Shown piece by piece: positions 19,306 to 28,190 of a stretch of DNA of 48,077 nt. The position numbers and the translations under genes were made by a program. This DNA is from Candidatus Poribacteria bacterium (GTDB lineage Bacteria > Poribacteria > WGA-4E > UBA9662). The notes beneath the pieces are model-generated. The model did no database searches. It was not told where the DNA came from and saw only the letters and a program-made list of their open reading frames with translations. The stretch lies in contig JAYZAL010000027.1 of the NCBI GenBank assembly GCA_036339735.1, forward strand, positions 1-48,077. The letters run 5' to 3'. The stretch's first letter is position 1. The number at the start of each line of letters is the position of its first letter.

Positions 19306-19998
19306 TTAATTCGTCGCGAACTGATCAGTTTTCGTTAACACCATAGAAACGACCTCATCTATGGTCAAATCAGAGGTATCAATTACCATCGCTTCCTGAT
19401 CTATTTTTAGTGGGCTATTTGATCGAGATTTGTCAGCCAAATCTCGATCTTCGATCTCTTGAGCGATTTGTGAAACAGAGCAATTAAGGCCCTTTCCTTG
19501 AAGTTCATTAAACCGTCGGTAGGCGCGCACATCTACTGATGCCGTTATATAAAATTTCAGATCAGCATTCGGCAAAACGACGGTTGTTGTATCGCGTCCC
19601 TCTGCGACTACCCCCCCGGAAGATGCAATCCGTCGTTGCTGATGAATCATTTCCTTACGAACTCCTGGCACTTTGGCTACAGCCGCAACTTGAGCATCAA
19701 TAACGGGAGTTCGAATTTGAGCCGATACGTCAATTCCATCGAGCAAGGTTGTTTGTCCATTATCGACAAATTCAATTTGGCAATTCTGAGCCAACTCAGT
19801 TAGAGCAATCTGATTGCTCGGTTCGACTCCTGACTGTACGGATAACAACGTTATAGCTCGATACATCGAACCAGAATTAAGATAAACATAATCCATCCGT
19901 TCGGCTATTAGGCGAGCAACTGTACTTTTTCCAGAACCTGCAGGACCATCGATAGCAATCGTGAGAGCTGTCAGTGAACCAGGCATATCAACTGTCAT
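19306..19998 (-). CDS. cmk: Cytidylate kinase
   Basis: IAIDGPAGSGKST, SGSMYRA, VVAEGRD, R...SPL. Confidence 0.95.
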   Translation of the reverse strand: MTVDMPGSLTALTIAIDGPAGSGKSTVARLIAERMDYVYLNSGSMYRAITLLSVQSGVEPSNQIALTELAQNCQIEFVDNGQTTLLDGIDVSAQIRTPVIDAQVAAVAKVPGVRKEMIHQQRRIASSGGVVAEGRDTTTVVLPNADLKFYITASVDVRAYRRFNELQGKGLNCSVSQIAQEIEDRDLADKSRSNSPLKIDQEAMVIDTSDLTIDEVVSMVLTKTDQFATN

Positions 19999-20875
19999 TT
20001 TTTTCTTCCAAAGACTCTAATACTCGCTTGGCAGAGTCTAAATAGAAATGAATGGCATTGGCATCTCTGTTTTCCAGATATGTTTGAAACAGCTGAAGAT
20101 CATTGATTAAGTCAGAAATCATCGTGATCATGTTAGATCGGTTTTGTAGGAATATACTATTCCATAATTCAGGCGAGCCAGATGCTATCCGAGTAGTATC
20201 TCGGAAACCTGTAGCCGCATACTTAGTAGCAGCCTCCCCATTTACCATAACTTTTCCTACTGTTTCGGCCAAAATAGAGGCAACTAAGTGTGGTAAATGA
20301 CTAGCAGCTGCCAGTAAAGAATCATGTTGATCAGGTGTTAGAATGTAAACAGCTGATCCCACTGACTCCCATAGTTGAGTCACCATTTTTAAGGCTAAAG
20401 AAGAGGTATTGTCCGTCGGTGTCAGAAGACACTTGGCTGATTGGTACAGATCAGATCGAGCAGCAGAAACACCTGTTTTTTCTGAGCCGGCCATCGGATG
20501 ACCACCCACAAATTCAATGTTAGGGCACTCTAATAAAAGCTGATCTATGGTGTGAACAGGTTCTGATTTAACACTTCCAACATCGGTCAAAATTAACGAT
20601 TTAGAGGAATCTACCGATCTTAACACCCTTTCTATCATGGGTACAATCTGGTCCACGGGGGTGCATATAACAACTAGATCAGTATCAAGTAGTGCCTGAC
20701 CGAAATCAGTGGTGATTTTGTCCACAGCCTTAAGAGATTGGGCTATCTCTAGTCGTTCGATTTTTCGGCCCAGACCAACAATCTTACCTGAAAAACCATT
20801 TTGCTTTAAAGCCAGACCGAGGGAGCCGCCCATTAGGCCAACACCTAGAATAGTAATTTGTTGGATTTGATTCAT
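19988..20875 (-). CDS. tyrA: Prephenate/arogenate dehydrogenase
   Basis: GVGLMGGS, TDVGSVK, GGHPMAGSE, SHLPH, GFRDTTRIA. Confidence 0.93.
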   Translation of the reverse strand: MNQIQQITILGVGLMGGSLGLALKQNGFSGKIVGLGRKIERLEIAQSLKAVDKITTDFGQALLDTDLVVICTPVDQIVPMIERVLRSVDSSKSLILTDVGSVKSEPVHTIDQLLLECPNIEFVGGHPMAGSEKTGVSAARSDLYQSAKCLLTPTDNTSSLALKMVTQLWESVGSAVYILTPDQHDSLLAAASHLPHLVASILAETVGKVMVNGEAATKYAATGFRDTTRIASGSPELWNSIFLQNRSNMITMISDLINDLQLFQTYLENRDANAIHFYLDSAKRVLESLEEKNDS

Positions 20876-20918
20876 TCTATATTAGTAATAAATAACAACA
20901 TCATTGAACTGGTGACAT

Positions 20919-20948
20919 AAAAAAAGCAGGGCCAATAAGCCCTGCTTT
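20919..20948 (-). terminator. Rho-independent terminator 43 nt upstream of tyrA
   Basis: Minus strand AAAGCAGGGC-TTATTG-GCCCTGCTTT-TTTT: a 10-bp stem with a U tract. Confidence 0.85.
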
Positions 20949-20972
20949 GTGGGCCGTAGGAGGTTGGTGTAG

Positions 20973-21017
20973 CTAGTAGCTACTCTTACCTCCTACGACC
21001 GTATCTAATGGACACAT
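20973..21017 (-). CDS. Putative 14-aa leader/small peptide MCPLDTVVGGKSSY
   Basis: ATG preceded by AAGGAGGTGATC, a 12-nt complement of the canonical 16S 3' end; TAG stop at 20973-20975. Confidence 0.5.
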   Translation of the reverse strand: MCPLDTVVGGKSSY

Positions 21018-21050
21018 ACGATCACCTCCTTCTTCAATGGACACGCCAGA

Positions 21051-21079
21051 AAAATATCATGATTAATATATCATGTCAA
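21051..21079 (-). promoter_or_regulatory. Sigma-70 promoter for the small transcript and possibly the tyrA operon
   Basis: TTGACA-17nt-TATTTT with extended -10 TG. It overlaps two ATATCATG direct repeats. Confidence 0.6.
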
Positions 21080-21112
21080 GTCAAAAATAAAATGCCAAAG
21101 TCAACTGGAATC

Positions 21113-21142
21113 TTGACTCATGAAATTGTTAGGGGGTATGAT
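21113..21142 (+). promoter_or_regulatory. Sigma-70 promoter of the DUF4398/OmpA pair
   Basis: TTGACT-18nt-TATGAT, 17 nt before ATG 21160. Confidence 0.55.
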
Positions 21143-21159
21143 AGAAAGGGGTAAAGGTC

Positions 21160-21585
21160 ATGCGATATAGTATGTTATTAGTCAGGGTGATGTTTTTTTC
21201 CATGCTAGGAACGGTTGTTTTGTTAGCCGGTGGCTGTGGTGGGATTCCACCGGAAATGGTAGCAGAACGAATTCAGGGAGTAAGTACCAAAATCCAAGCG
21301 GTATCCAGCCAATCTGAGCCATTAACTGAAGCCGAAGACTATCTAAGGCAGGCTAAAAACGCTCAATTAAACAAGCAGTGGCAACAGGCCTACCAGCTGA
21401 GCCAATGGGCTGAACTGCGAGTCAAAGTTGCAATTGCAATCGACGATGCTGAAAAGATAGAGGGACGTGCTAATCAAATTGAGCAACTATTAGTAGCACA
21501 AAAAAAGGCCGTCGAGTTAGCTAAAACTAGTTATGAAACAGCCGAAAGCAATCTTTACTTATTACAGAAGGAACGTAATCAATGA
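21160..21585 (+). CDS. Helical lipoprotein, DUF4398-like
   Basis: Lipobox LAGGC, Ala/Gln-rich helices (LTEAEDYLRQAK...AYQLSQWAEL); ATGA overlap with the OmpA-domain gene. Confidence 0.7.
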   Translation: MRYSMLLVRVMFFSMLGTVVLLAGGCGGIPPEMVAERIQGVSTKIQAVSSQSEPLTEAEDYLRQAKNAQLNKQWQQAYQLSQWAELRVKVAIAIDDAEKIEGRANQIEQLLVAQKKAVELAKTSYETAESNLYLLQKERNQ

Positions 21586-23294
21586 TCCGTTGTCGCCTAA
21601 ATTGTTTATTTTTTTTCAGAAGATTAAGTTTACTTGCGGTGATTTTATATGTAGGTTGTGGTACTGCTAAGGTTGATCCATTAGAGTTAGGCCGCCGTTT
21701 TCACCAAGCGGAGCAAGCTATAAAGATGGCTCGGCAGCAGAATGTACCAGAGCTTGCTGAATCGGCCTTTTTTCAAGCCGATCAGCTTTTTACTCAAGCA
21801 AAGCAAGCACTGGAAGACGGGCAACAAAATTACGGTCTAGAATTGGCAGTGCAAGCTCAATCTGAGGCTGATTATGCGGTTGCAATTGCCAGGAAAATTC
21901 AGGGTCAGGAAAAAATTGAGCAGTTAAACAAACAACTTTCAGTGGCCCAGATCGAAGAAAATAGCCTAAAAATAAAGGCTGCTCAAGCTTATCAATCTTT
22001 GGCCGAAGAGCGAGCTACCCAAGCCGAAGCTAGAGCCGAAGCTGCTGAACGGAGGGCTAACTCAGCTGAGGGGACTGCGAATCAAGCTAAGCAAAAATCA
22101 TCTGCTGAAATTCAGCGAGCAAGTATTCAACTACAACTTGACAGAGCTAAAATTTATTTGGAAATCGCTAAAGCCACTGGATCTGGCACTCACGCCCCTA
22201 CGGACTACCTACAAGCGGAATCAACTATCCGAGAGGGCGAAGAACTTTTGAATAACTACCAATTGGAAGCAGCAAGAGACCTATCGGCCCATGCTGAAGC
22301 CTTAGCTAAAGATGTCCAGATGATAACTATGGTAGCAGCAGCGGAAGAACTAACTAATTCATCCCAAGTATTAGCAATGGCTGAACTAACTATTCAACAA
22401 GTTGAAGATGAAATTCGTCAATCCGTCAAATTCAATGCTGAAAAACATGCGCCAGATACGATCGCAGAAGCAAAAAGGTTATTAGATCAAGCCAAGCTAC
22501 AAATTACGCAAGAAAGTTATCAACTATCTTATCGATCAGCAAAACAGGCTCTTGTACAATCAGAAAAAGCAACAGCTATTGCTGAAAATTCGGAAAAAGA
22601 ACTTCAAAAGGCTGAGGCTAAAGCAGAACAAACAGCACAAGCCAAAGATGTAATATTTAAACTGGAGGAACAGCTAAATAACAAAGAAATAGTGGAACGA
22701 ATTTCTCAGTTGGCAAACAATGATTACCAATCGGTTCTCACTCACTATGAGAAGGCGAAAATCGCGAAGGAACAGGAAAATTACCCTGAGGTTCTCGCTG
22801 AGGGACAAATAGGGTTGGCAACACTAAAAAGTGCTATCAATATTGCAAACTTAGTTGAAGAAAAAGAAAAGAAACTAGAGCAACAACTCAGAAAGCAAAT
22901 GCCAAAAAACGTCCAAATCGAGCGTACAGAAAAAGGCGTCATGGTTCGTTTAGACACTGACATTTTCGAGCCAAACAGCATTACGCTGAACCCGAAACAT
23001 TACTCAGCTCTTAAACGGTTGGGCTATGTTATCAAATCGAACGCAAGCTACAAAATCAATATTGAGGCACACAGTGATAGTATTGGCTCAGATAAAGCTA
23101 ACCTAGCCATGTCCCAGAAACGTGCAGACAACTTTTCCTCGTATCTATCTCAAAAATGTGGTGCACCAAAAGAAAGGCTAAAAGCGATTGGTTTGGGTGA
23201 AGGATTTCCCGTGGCTAGCAACATAAATAAGAAGGGAAGAGCTAAAAACAGACGAGTAGATACCATATTCTTGACTCGTGAAATGTCTAAATGA
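21582..23294 (+). CDS. OmpA-family peptidoglycan-binding lipoprotein with tandem DUF4398-like helical repeats
   Basis: Lipobox YVGC, long coiled coil, C-terminal IEAHSDSIGS..NLAMSQKRA...G.GEGFPVASN....GRAKNRRV. Confidence 0.9.
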   Translation: MIRCRLNCLFFFRRLSLLAVILYVGCGTAKVDPLELGRRFHQAEQAIKMARQQNVPELAESAFFQADQLFTQAKQALEDGQQNYGLELAVQAQSEADYAVAIARKIQGQEKIEQLNKQLSVAQIEENSLKIKAAQAYQSLAEERATQAEARAEAAERRANSAEGTANQAKQKSSAEIQRASIQLQLDRAKIYLEIAKATGSGTHAPTDYLQAESTIREGEELLNNYQLEAARDLSAHAEALAKDVQMITMVAAAEELTNSSQVLAMAELTIQQVEDEIRQSVKFNAEKHAPDTIAEAKRLLDQAKLQITQESYQLSYRSAKQALVQSEKATAIAENSEKELQKAEAKAEQTAQAKDVIFKLEEQLNNKEIVERISQLANNDYQSVLTHYEKAKIAKEQENYPEVLAEGQIGLATLKSAINIANLVEEKEKKLEQQLRKQMPKNVQIERTEKGVMVRLDTDIFEPNSITLNPKHYSALKRLGYVIKSNASYKINIEAHSDSIGSDKANLAMSQKRADNFSSYLSQKCGAPKERLKAIGLGEGFPVASNINKKGRAKNRRVDTIFLTREMSK

Positions 23295-23408
23295 AGCTAA
23301 AAAATTGGCCGGTAGATTTGAGTAAACCTTCGGTTTCATATAGTGCGTTCTTGAAAAATTGGAGGAAACGCGTAACACCCAATTTGATTCTCAGAAATAA
23401 TCTGCCGG

Positions 23409-24227
23409 TCATACCTTTTCATTATATTTTGGGATTTCAATAGGCAAATCAGGTCGATTACCCCACTCTTGCCAAGAACCGATGTAGTTACTAACTCTCG
23501 GATAACCAATTAGCCTGAGGGCCAGATATGAGTGTGCTGATCGATAACCGCCTTGACAGTAACATACAATTTGCTTGTCAGCAGTCACTTTGGCCGATTG
23601 ATACATTTTTTTTAAGTCAGACACAGATCTAAAGTATCCATCAGGTGTAAGGTTTTGTGTCCACTCCATATGGATAGAATTTGGAATAGAACCAGCTCTT
23701 TGGGCGCGAGCTACTCGGCCGTAGTGCTCGTCAGCAGATCGTGTGTCTAACATCAACACATCGTCATCTTCCAAGTGCTGCAAAATTTTGTCGGCACTCC
23801 AGTGAGAGCAACTGTTTGGAGAAATGTTCTTTGCTGGAAAGGTTGGAGGCTCAGTCGTTTCTCTCGTTAGGGGGTGCCCATTATTAATCCAGGATTTTAC
23901 CCCGCCGTCTAGTACCCGGACCGTATAACCAAAATATTCGCAAAACCAGAATCCACGAGCAGATCGCATACCAGAGATATCATCGTAAAACACGATTTCC
24001 TTACTAAAATCAACGCCACGTTTACTGAATAAAGCAGCGATAGTCCACATAAATGAAGTAAATGATTCGATTCTAGTATCATTCAAACTTAAATAAAATA
24101 AATCGAGAGACAAAGCGTTGGGTAGGTGGCCAGCCGAAAATTGATGAACAGAGCGAGTGTCAATCAGCGAAACTTGGCTCAATCGACCCGCCAGTTCATC
24201 GACTGAAATAAGTAATTTTGTTTCCAT
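23409..24227 (-). CDS. Two-domain rhodanese/thiosulfate sulfurtransferase (SseA family)
   Basis: GHLPNA, VLDGG...W, LDTRS..E, GSIP, active site YCQGGYRS, NYIGSWQEW. ATG 24227 is preferred over the track's TTG 24254. Confidence 0.92.
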   Translation of the reverse strand: METKLLISVDELAGRLSQVSLIDTRSVHQFSAGHLPNALSLDLFYLSLNDTRIESFTSFMWTIAALFSKRGVDFSKEIVFYDDISGMRSARGFWFCEYFGYTVRVLDGGVKSWINNGHPLTRETTEPPTFPAKNISPNSCSHWSADKILQHLEDDDVLMLDTRSADEHYGRVARAQRAGSIPNSIHMEWTQNLTPDGYFRSVSDLKKMYQSAKVTADKQIVCYCQGGYRSAHSYLALRLIGYPRVSNYIGSWQEWGNRPDLPIEIPKYNEKV

Positions 24228-24516
24228 TAATTTAGCCGATCTATTTTTTATCAAAAACCTAAACAGAGATCATTCTACATCAAGAATGAGTATGAATCAA
24301 GATAGGAAAAACATTTGAATCTGACAACCTCGATTTATTGACTAACAAATGTTTTTTAGTTAGATCGTGTTGGGAATAAATATTGCTATAAACATTGCCT
24401 TGTTGGAAAGGATCCAGTAGAGAAATCTGCGAAAAAATCGTGTTTGAGCTTACGAGTAAAAATTTAGTTTTACTCATAAAACCATTGAATAAGAATTTCG
24501 CTATGGCATTCCACAA

Positions 24517-24554
24517 TTATATAACGAGAGATTATTTATATAACGAGAGATTAT
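24517..24554. repeat. Perfect 19-bp tandem duplication
   Basis: TTATATAACGAGAGATTAT twice (24517-24535 and 24536-24554). Confidence 0.95.
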
Positions 24555-24602
24555 TAATTGAAACAAGAAAATGGGTATGCTGTTTACATTGTTATTTGCA
24601 CA

Positions 24603-24633
24603 GTTGAAATTCCGCTGATTTCAACGTTATAAT
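24603..24633 (+). promoter_or_regulatory. trpD promoter with an overlapping inverted repeat (candidate operator)
   Basis: TTGAAA-18nt-TATAAT; palindrome GTTGAAAT-N7-ATTTCAAC at 24603-24625. Confidence 0.6.
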
Positions 24634-24665
24634 GGACCAAGGATGAGAGGAATAGATACAGGAAA

Positions 24666-25676
24666 ATGCAAGACGCGATTCAAAAAGTAGTGGCTGGGAA
24701 TCACTTAGAACAAGACGAAATGGTTAAGGTCATGGACAAAATTATGACTGGTGTTGCTACACCAGCACAAATTGCTTGTTTTATTACTGCCCTGCGTTTG
24801 AAAGGTGAAACAGTTGATGAAATAACTGGCGCAGCGAAAGTTATGAGGGCAAAAGCAACTCGTATCCGAACTCGTCATTCACTCGTAGTAGATACTTGTG
24901 GTACCGGTGGAGACCAATCACATACATTCAATATATCAACCACTGCAGCTTTCGTTGCTGCTGGCTCTGGATTACCTATTGCTAAACACGGTAACCGTTC
25001 GGTATCCAGTAAAAGTGGTAGTGCCGAGGTCCTCGCTGAACTGGGCGTCAATCTCGAAATTACGGCAGAAAAAGTCGGTCAATGTATTGATCAAATTGGT
25101 ATTGGGTTTCTATTTGCTCCAGCCCTACATTCAGCCATGAAGTTTGCAATAGGTCCTAGGCGTGAAATCGGCATTCGGACTATTTTCAACCTCTTGGGAC
25201 CATTGACTAATCCGGCTGGAGCTAGAGCTCAGTTGGTTGGAGTCTACGCACGAGAACTAACCGAGCCGTTAGCTAATGTACTGAAAAAACTTGGAGCCCA
25301 AACAGCCTTCGTTGTGCACGGACATGATGGATTGGATGAAATCAGCACAACAACGAAAACTCAAGTCTCAGCCCTCACTGATGGCAACATAAAAACCTAT
25401 AACATTTCACCGGAAGATTTCAATTTGAAGGTCGCTAAACCCACAGATTTAGTTGGTGATGATCCTAGCAATAATGCCAAAATTACTCGTCAAATTTTAG
25501 ATGGACAGATCGGTCCCAAAAGAGATATTGTGCTACTGAACTCAGCAGCTGCCATAGTAGCTGGTGGCAAAGCAAAAAACTTAGAAGATGGGATTACAAT
25601 TGCAGCCGAAACCATTGACAGTGGAAGGGCTAAACAAAAATTAGAAGAACTTATCTCATTCACTAACCAAAAATGA
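24666..25676 (+). CDS. trpD: Anthranilate phosphoribosyltransferase
   Basis: [45 protein letters not shown]. Confidence 0.97.
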   Translation: MQDAIQKVVAGNHLEQDEMVKVMDKIMTGVATPAQIACFITALRLKGETVDEITGAAKVMRAKATRIRTRHSLVVDTCGTGGDQSHTFNISTTAAFVAAGSGLPIAKHGNRSVSSKSGSAEVLAELGVNLEITAEKVGQCIDQIGIGFLFAPALHSAMKFAIGPRREIGIRTIFNLLGPLTNPAGARAQLVGVYARELTEPLANVLKKLGAQTAFVVHGHDGLDEISTTTKTQVSALTDGNIKTYNISPEDFNLKVAKPTDLVGDDPSNNAKITRQILDGQIGPKRDIVLLNSAAAIVAGGKAKNLEDGITIAAETIDSGRAKQKLEELISFTNQK

Positions 25677-26482
25677 TTTTAGACCAAATTGTTAATAGAA
25701 AGAAAGAGGAACTATCATTTGACCAGAGCCAAGAGCCTTTGACTGAATTAAAATCCAAAATTGCAGACCTTCCACCTACGCGCAATTTTGCGGCAGCATT
25801 GAGAACAAAGAATGAACGAAAGCCAGGCTCAATATCCTTGATTGCTGAACTAAAAAAGAAATCACCGAGCAAAGGTATAATCCGACAGCAATTCGACTTA
25901 GTTGAAATCGCACAGACATATACGAGTAATGGAGCCTCAGCCATCTCAGTATTGACCGATGAGCACTTTTTTGGTGGCCACATCAATAATCTACAAAAGG
26001 TCAGAACAATCACACAACTACCATTGCTAAGGAAAGATTTCACGATTGCACCCTATCACCTCTATCAGGCCCGAGTGGCAGGTGCTGATGCTGTTTTGTT
26101 AATTGTCGCCATTTTATCTCCAGCTCAAATTGGCGAATACTTAGATCTGGCTCATCAGCTAGGTTTAGCTGCTTTGGTTGAGGTTCATACAGAGCACGAA
26201 ATGGAGATTGCGCTAGAAGCGAAAGCTGGAATTATTGGTATCAATAATCGTGATTTAAAAATATTCGAAACCGATTTAAACACCACGTTTCGCTTAAAAG
26301 AAAAGTGTCCAGAGAACAAGATTATTGTAAGTGAAAGTGGCATTCGAGACCGTAATGATGTATTGAAGCTACAGTCAGCCGGTATTGATGCCATTTTAGT
26401 TGGTGAGTCGCTAATGATGAGTAAAGATATAGGGGCAAAAGTAAAAAGTCTACTCGGCAGAAAAAACCCTAATACTACTTAG
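25673..26482 (+). CDS. trpC: Indole-3-glycerol phosphate synthase
   Basis: [48 protein letters not shown]. Confidence 0.97.
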   Translation: MILDQIVNRKKEELSFDQSQEPLTELKSKIADLPPTRNFAAALRTKNERKPGSISLIAELKKKSPSKGIIRQQFDLVEIAQTYTSNGASAISVLTDEHFFGGHINNLQKVRTITQLPLLRKDFTIAPYHLYQARVAGADAVLLIVAILSPAQIGEYLDLAHQLGLAALVEVHTEHEMEIALEAKAGIIGINNRDLKIFETDLNTTFRLKEKCPENKIIVSESGIRDRNDVLKLQSAGIDAILVGESLMMSKDIGAKVKSLLGRKNPNTT

Positions 26483-26556
26483 GTGGCTGCTTTTTAGCTT
26501 TTGCTGATTTTTCTAGGTTAATAGACAGTTAATCCGCAACCGAGTTTAGCTTAAAG

Positions 26557-27987
26557 TCAATTAATGACAATCCAATCAAGCCTTTGATCACTCCACTCGA
26601 AAGTTTCCAGTGGTCCAAATTTCAGATTGATAGTCAAACTTTTGGGCGTTGGTGACACATTAAATTGGTTGAAATCCCTCACAACTACGTAAGTGTGCTC
26701 CCCATCCTGAATGTTTTGGCAAGCTACAATAAAATCAGCTAGGTTTTTGGTCGGCTTACCGTTGATTTCTAATATTACGATTTTTGAATTTCCACTCCGG
26801 TCTCGTCGACCAACTTGTGAAAAACTACTTCCCGCTTCAGAAAAAGACATGTAGATGCCGTCGATATCGACATAGAGTAGGTGACGCAGTTGAGGTGTGA
26901 TTTTATGAAAAATGGCACCGCCAAATCGAACGAATTTACGAACTTTCTGTTTTTCTAAATCATCAACTAAAACTTCAATCGGTACCAGTTTGCCATTTCT
27001 ATAAACGTCTAATTTGACTGTTTGATCAACATGTTGGTCTAGTATCTCGTCAAATTGATATAGGTCATCCCGAATGAGTATATCATTAATACGGTAAATT
27101 ATATCGGAAGCCCGTAGACGATCAACGCCGGTCGATAATGGTATGATTGACTCGATTTGAATAACTCGCGGGGTTCCAGTGGCTGGTCGTCCAATTTCCT
27201 TTCGACAAGATTCAGGCAAACGAAAGTGTCGAATAGCCTCACCAATCGAGATGAGTTCTAAATCTACCCCAATTTCACCACGCTGAATAGGCTGAATCTG
27301 CTGAAGTTTCAATAATGCTGATTTAAGATAGTCAATTGGTAATTCAAAACTAGAGGTGTCAGTACCCCTGGCATGAATAGCAACTACTTCGCCACTAGTA
27401 TTCCAAACTGGGCTGCCACTAGAGCCTCCAGTACGATCAAAAGTAGTATGTAAATAACTAGAATGTCGGTCGCCTTTGTCGACGTTTAAGTTAGCGACAT
27501 TCCCGTACTTAATGGAATATTCCTCTTTTTCGTTGTTTCCGATTAATAATAAATCTTCACCAATAGATAAATTACGCCAAGATCCTAGCGAAACTGACTT
27601 CATATCGAAAAGTACTGTCTCTGGGTCAATTTGGTAAAATCCAAAATCATGTGTTGGGTCGTAATACAGCAAACGGGCTTGCGTAAAACTACCATCATGA
27701 AAATTGATTTTGACGTAAGAAGGGCTACTTCCAGTCACATGTTGGTTAGTAGCAATAATTCCCCTTTCTGAATCAATAATGAATCCAGTTGCAAAACTAA
27801 TACCCTTAGATTCAAGTCCAAAAACAATTTCTGATGCTGTCTCTATATTGACCACCATTGGTTTGTACTCTTCAATATGATGTGACCAATCGTAAGCAAC
27901 TAAGTGTAGCTCAAAAAAAAGATTGATTAACAACCCAAGCAACCAAACTTGAGTATGGAATGGGCGATTTCTAAGGTTTATAAACAC
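26557..27987 (-). CDS. Secreted trypsin-like serine protease with PDZ domain(s), Nma111/DEG7-like
   Basis: Catalytic triad TNQH, HDFG, GGSSGSP; downstream PDZ (DIIYRIND...V.L.V.R.G); hydrophobic N-terminus. Confidence 0.88.
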   Translation of the reverse strand: MFINLRNRPFHTQVWLLGLLINLFFELHLVAYDWSHHIEEYKPMVVNIETASEIVFGLESKGISFATGFIIDSERGIIATNQHVTGSSPSYVKINFHDGSFTQARLLYYDPTHDFGFYQIDPETVLFDMKSVSLGSWRNLSIGEDLLLIGNNEKEEYSIKYGNVANLNVDKGDRHSSYLHTTFDRTGGSSGSPVWNTSGEVVAIHARGTDTSSFELPIDYLKSALLKLQQIQPIQRGEIGVDLELISIGEAIRHFRLPESCRKEIGRPATGTPRVIQIESIIPLSTGVDRLRASDIIYRINDILIRDDLYQFDEILDQHVDQTVKLDVYRNGKLVPIEVLVDDLEKQKVRKFVRFGGAIFHKITPQLRHLLYVDIDGIYMSFSEAGSSFSQVGRRDRSGNSKIVILEINGKPTKNLADFIVACQNIQDGEHTYVVVRDFNQFNVSPTPKSLTINLKFGPLETFEWSDQRLDWIVIN

Positions 27988-28164
27988 TTGCTTCTTCCTC
28001 TGTACTTATCATAGATTAATATATTCTAATTGTATCTCAGTTAGCACTTCGGTTCGCCTGTAAGTTTCAAATGTAATGTTTAATTCTTACGCAATTCGAA
28101 GATGGTAATTTAGTCAGTAAAAACCATTTATAGCAAAAAAAACGCTAAAAGTAAGTTGTTGAGA

Positions 28165-28180
28165 TGGCATGTCTATTGCT
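28165..28180 (+). promoter_or_regulatory. Sigma-54 (-24/-12) promoter
   Basis: TGGCATGTCTATTGCT matches TGGCAY-N5-TTGCW with exact GG-N10-GC spacing; A-tracts lie upstream. Predicted start ~28191. Confidence 0.75.
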
Positions 28181-28190
28181 CATACCGCTG

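Larger units (their letters stand above)
20919..21044 (-). ncRNA. Putative ~125-nt small RNA or small-ORF transcript
   Basis: Bounded by a promoter (21051-21079) and a terminator. Contains the 13-bp stem GGUCGUAGGAGGU/ACCUCCUACGGCC, whose one non-Watson-Crick position is G-U only on the minus strand. Confidence 0.6.

Noticed and set aside
21020-21031. GATCACCTCCTT as a 16S rRNA 3'-end fragment
   Set aside because: The flanks do not continue as 16S (no GCGGCTG upstream, no helix 45). It is better explained as an SD on the opposite strand.
24517-24554. CRISPR array
   Set aside because: Only two adjacent units with no spacer, and no cas genes in the window.
24280-24607. Two opposing 70-78 aa ORFs upstream of trpD (possible leader peptide)
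   Set aside because: They run through AT-rich promoter or repeat DNA, have no tandem Trp codons, and no attenuator hairpins follow.
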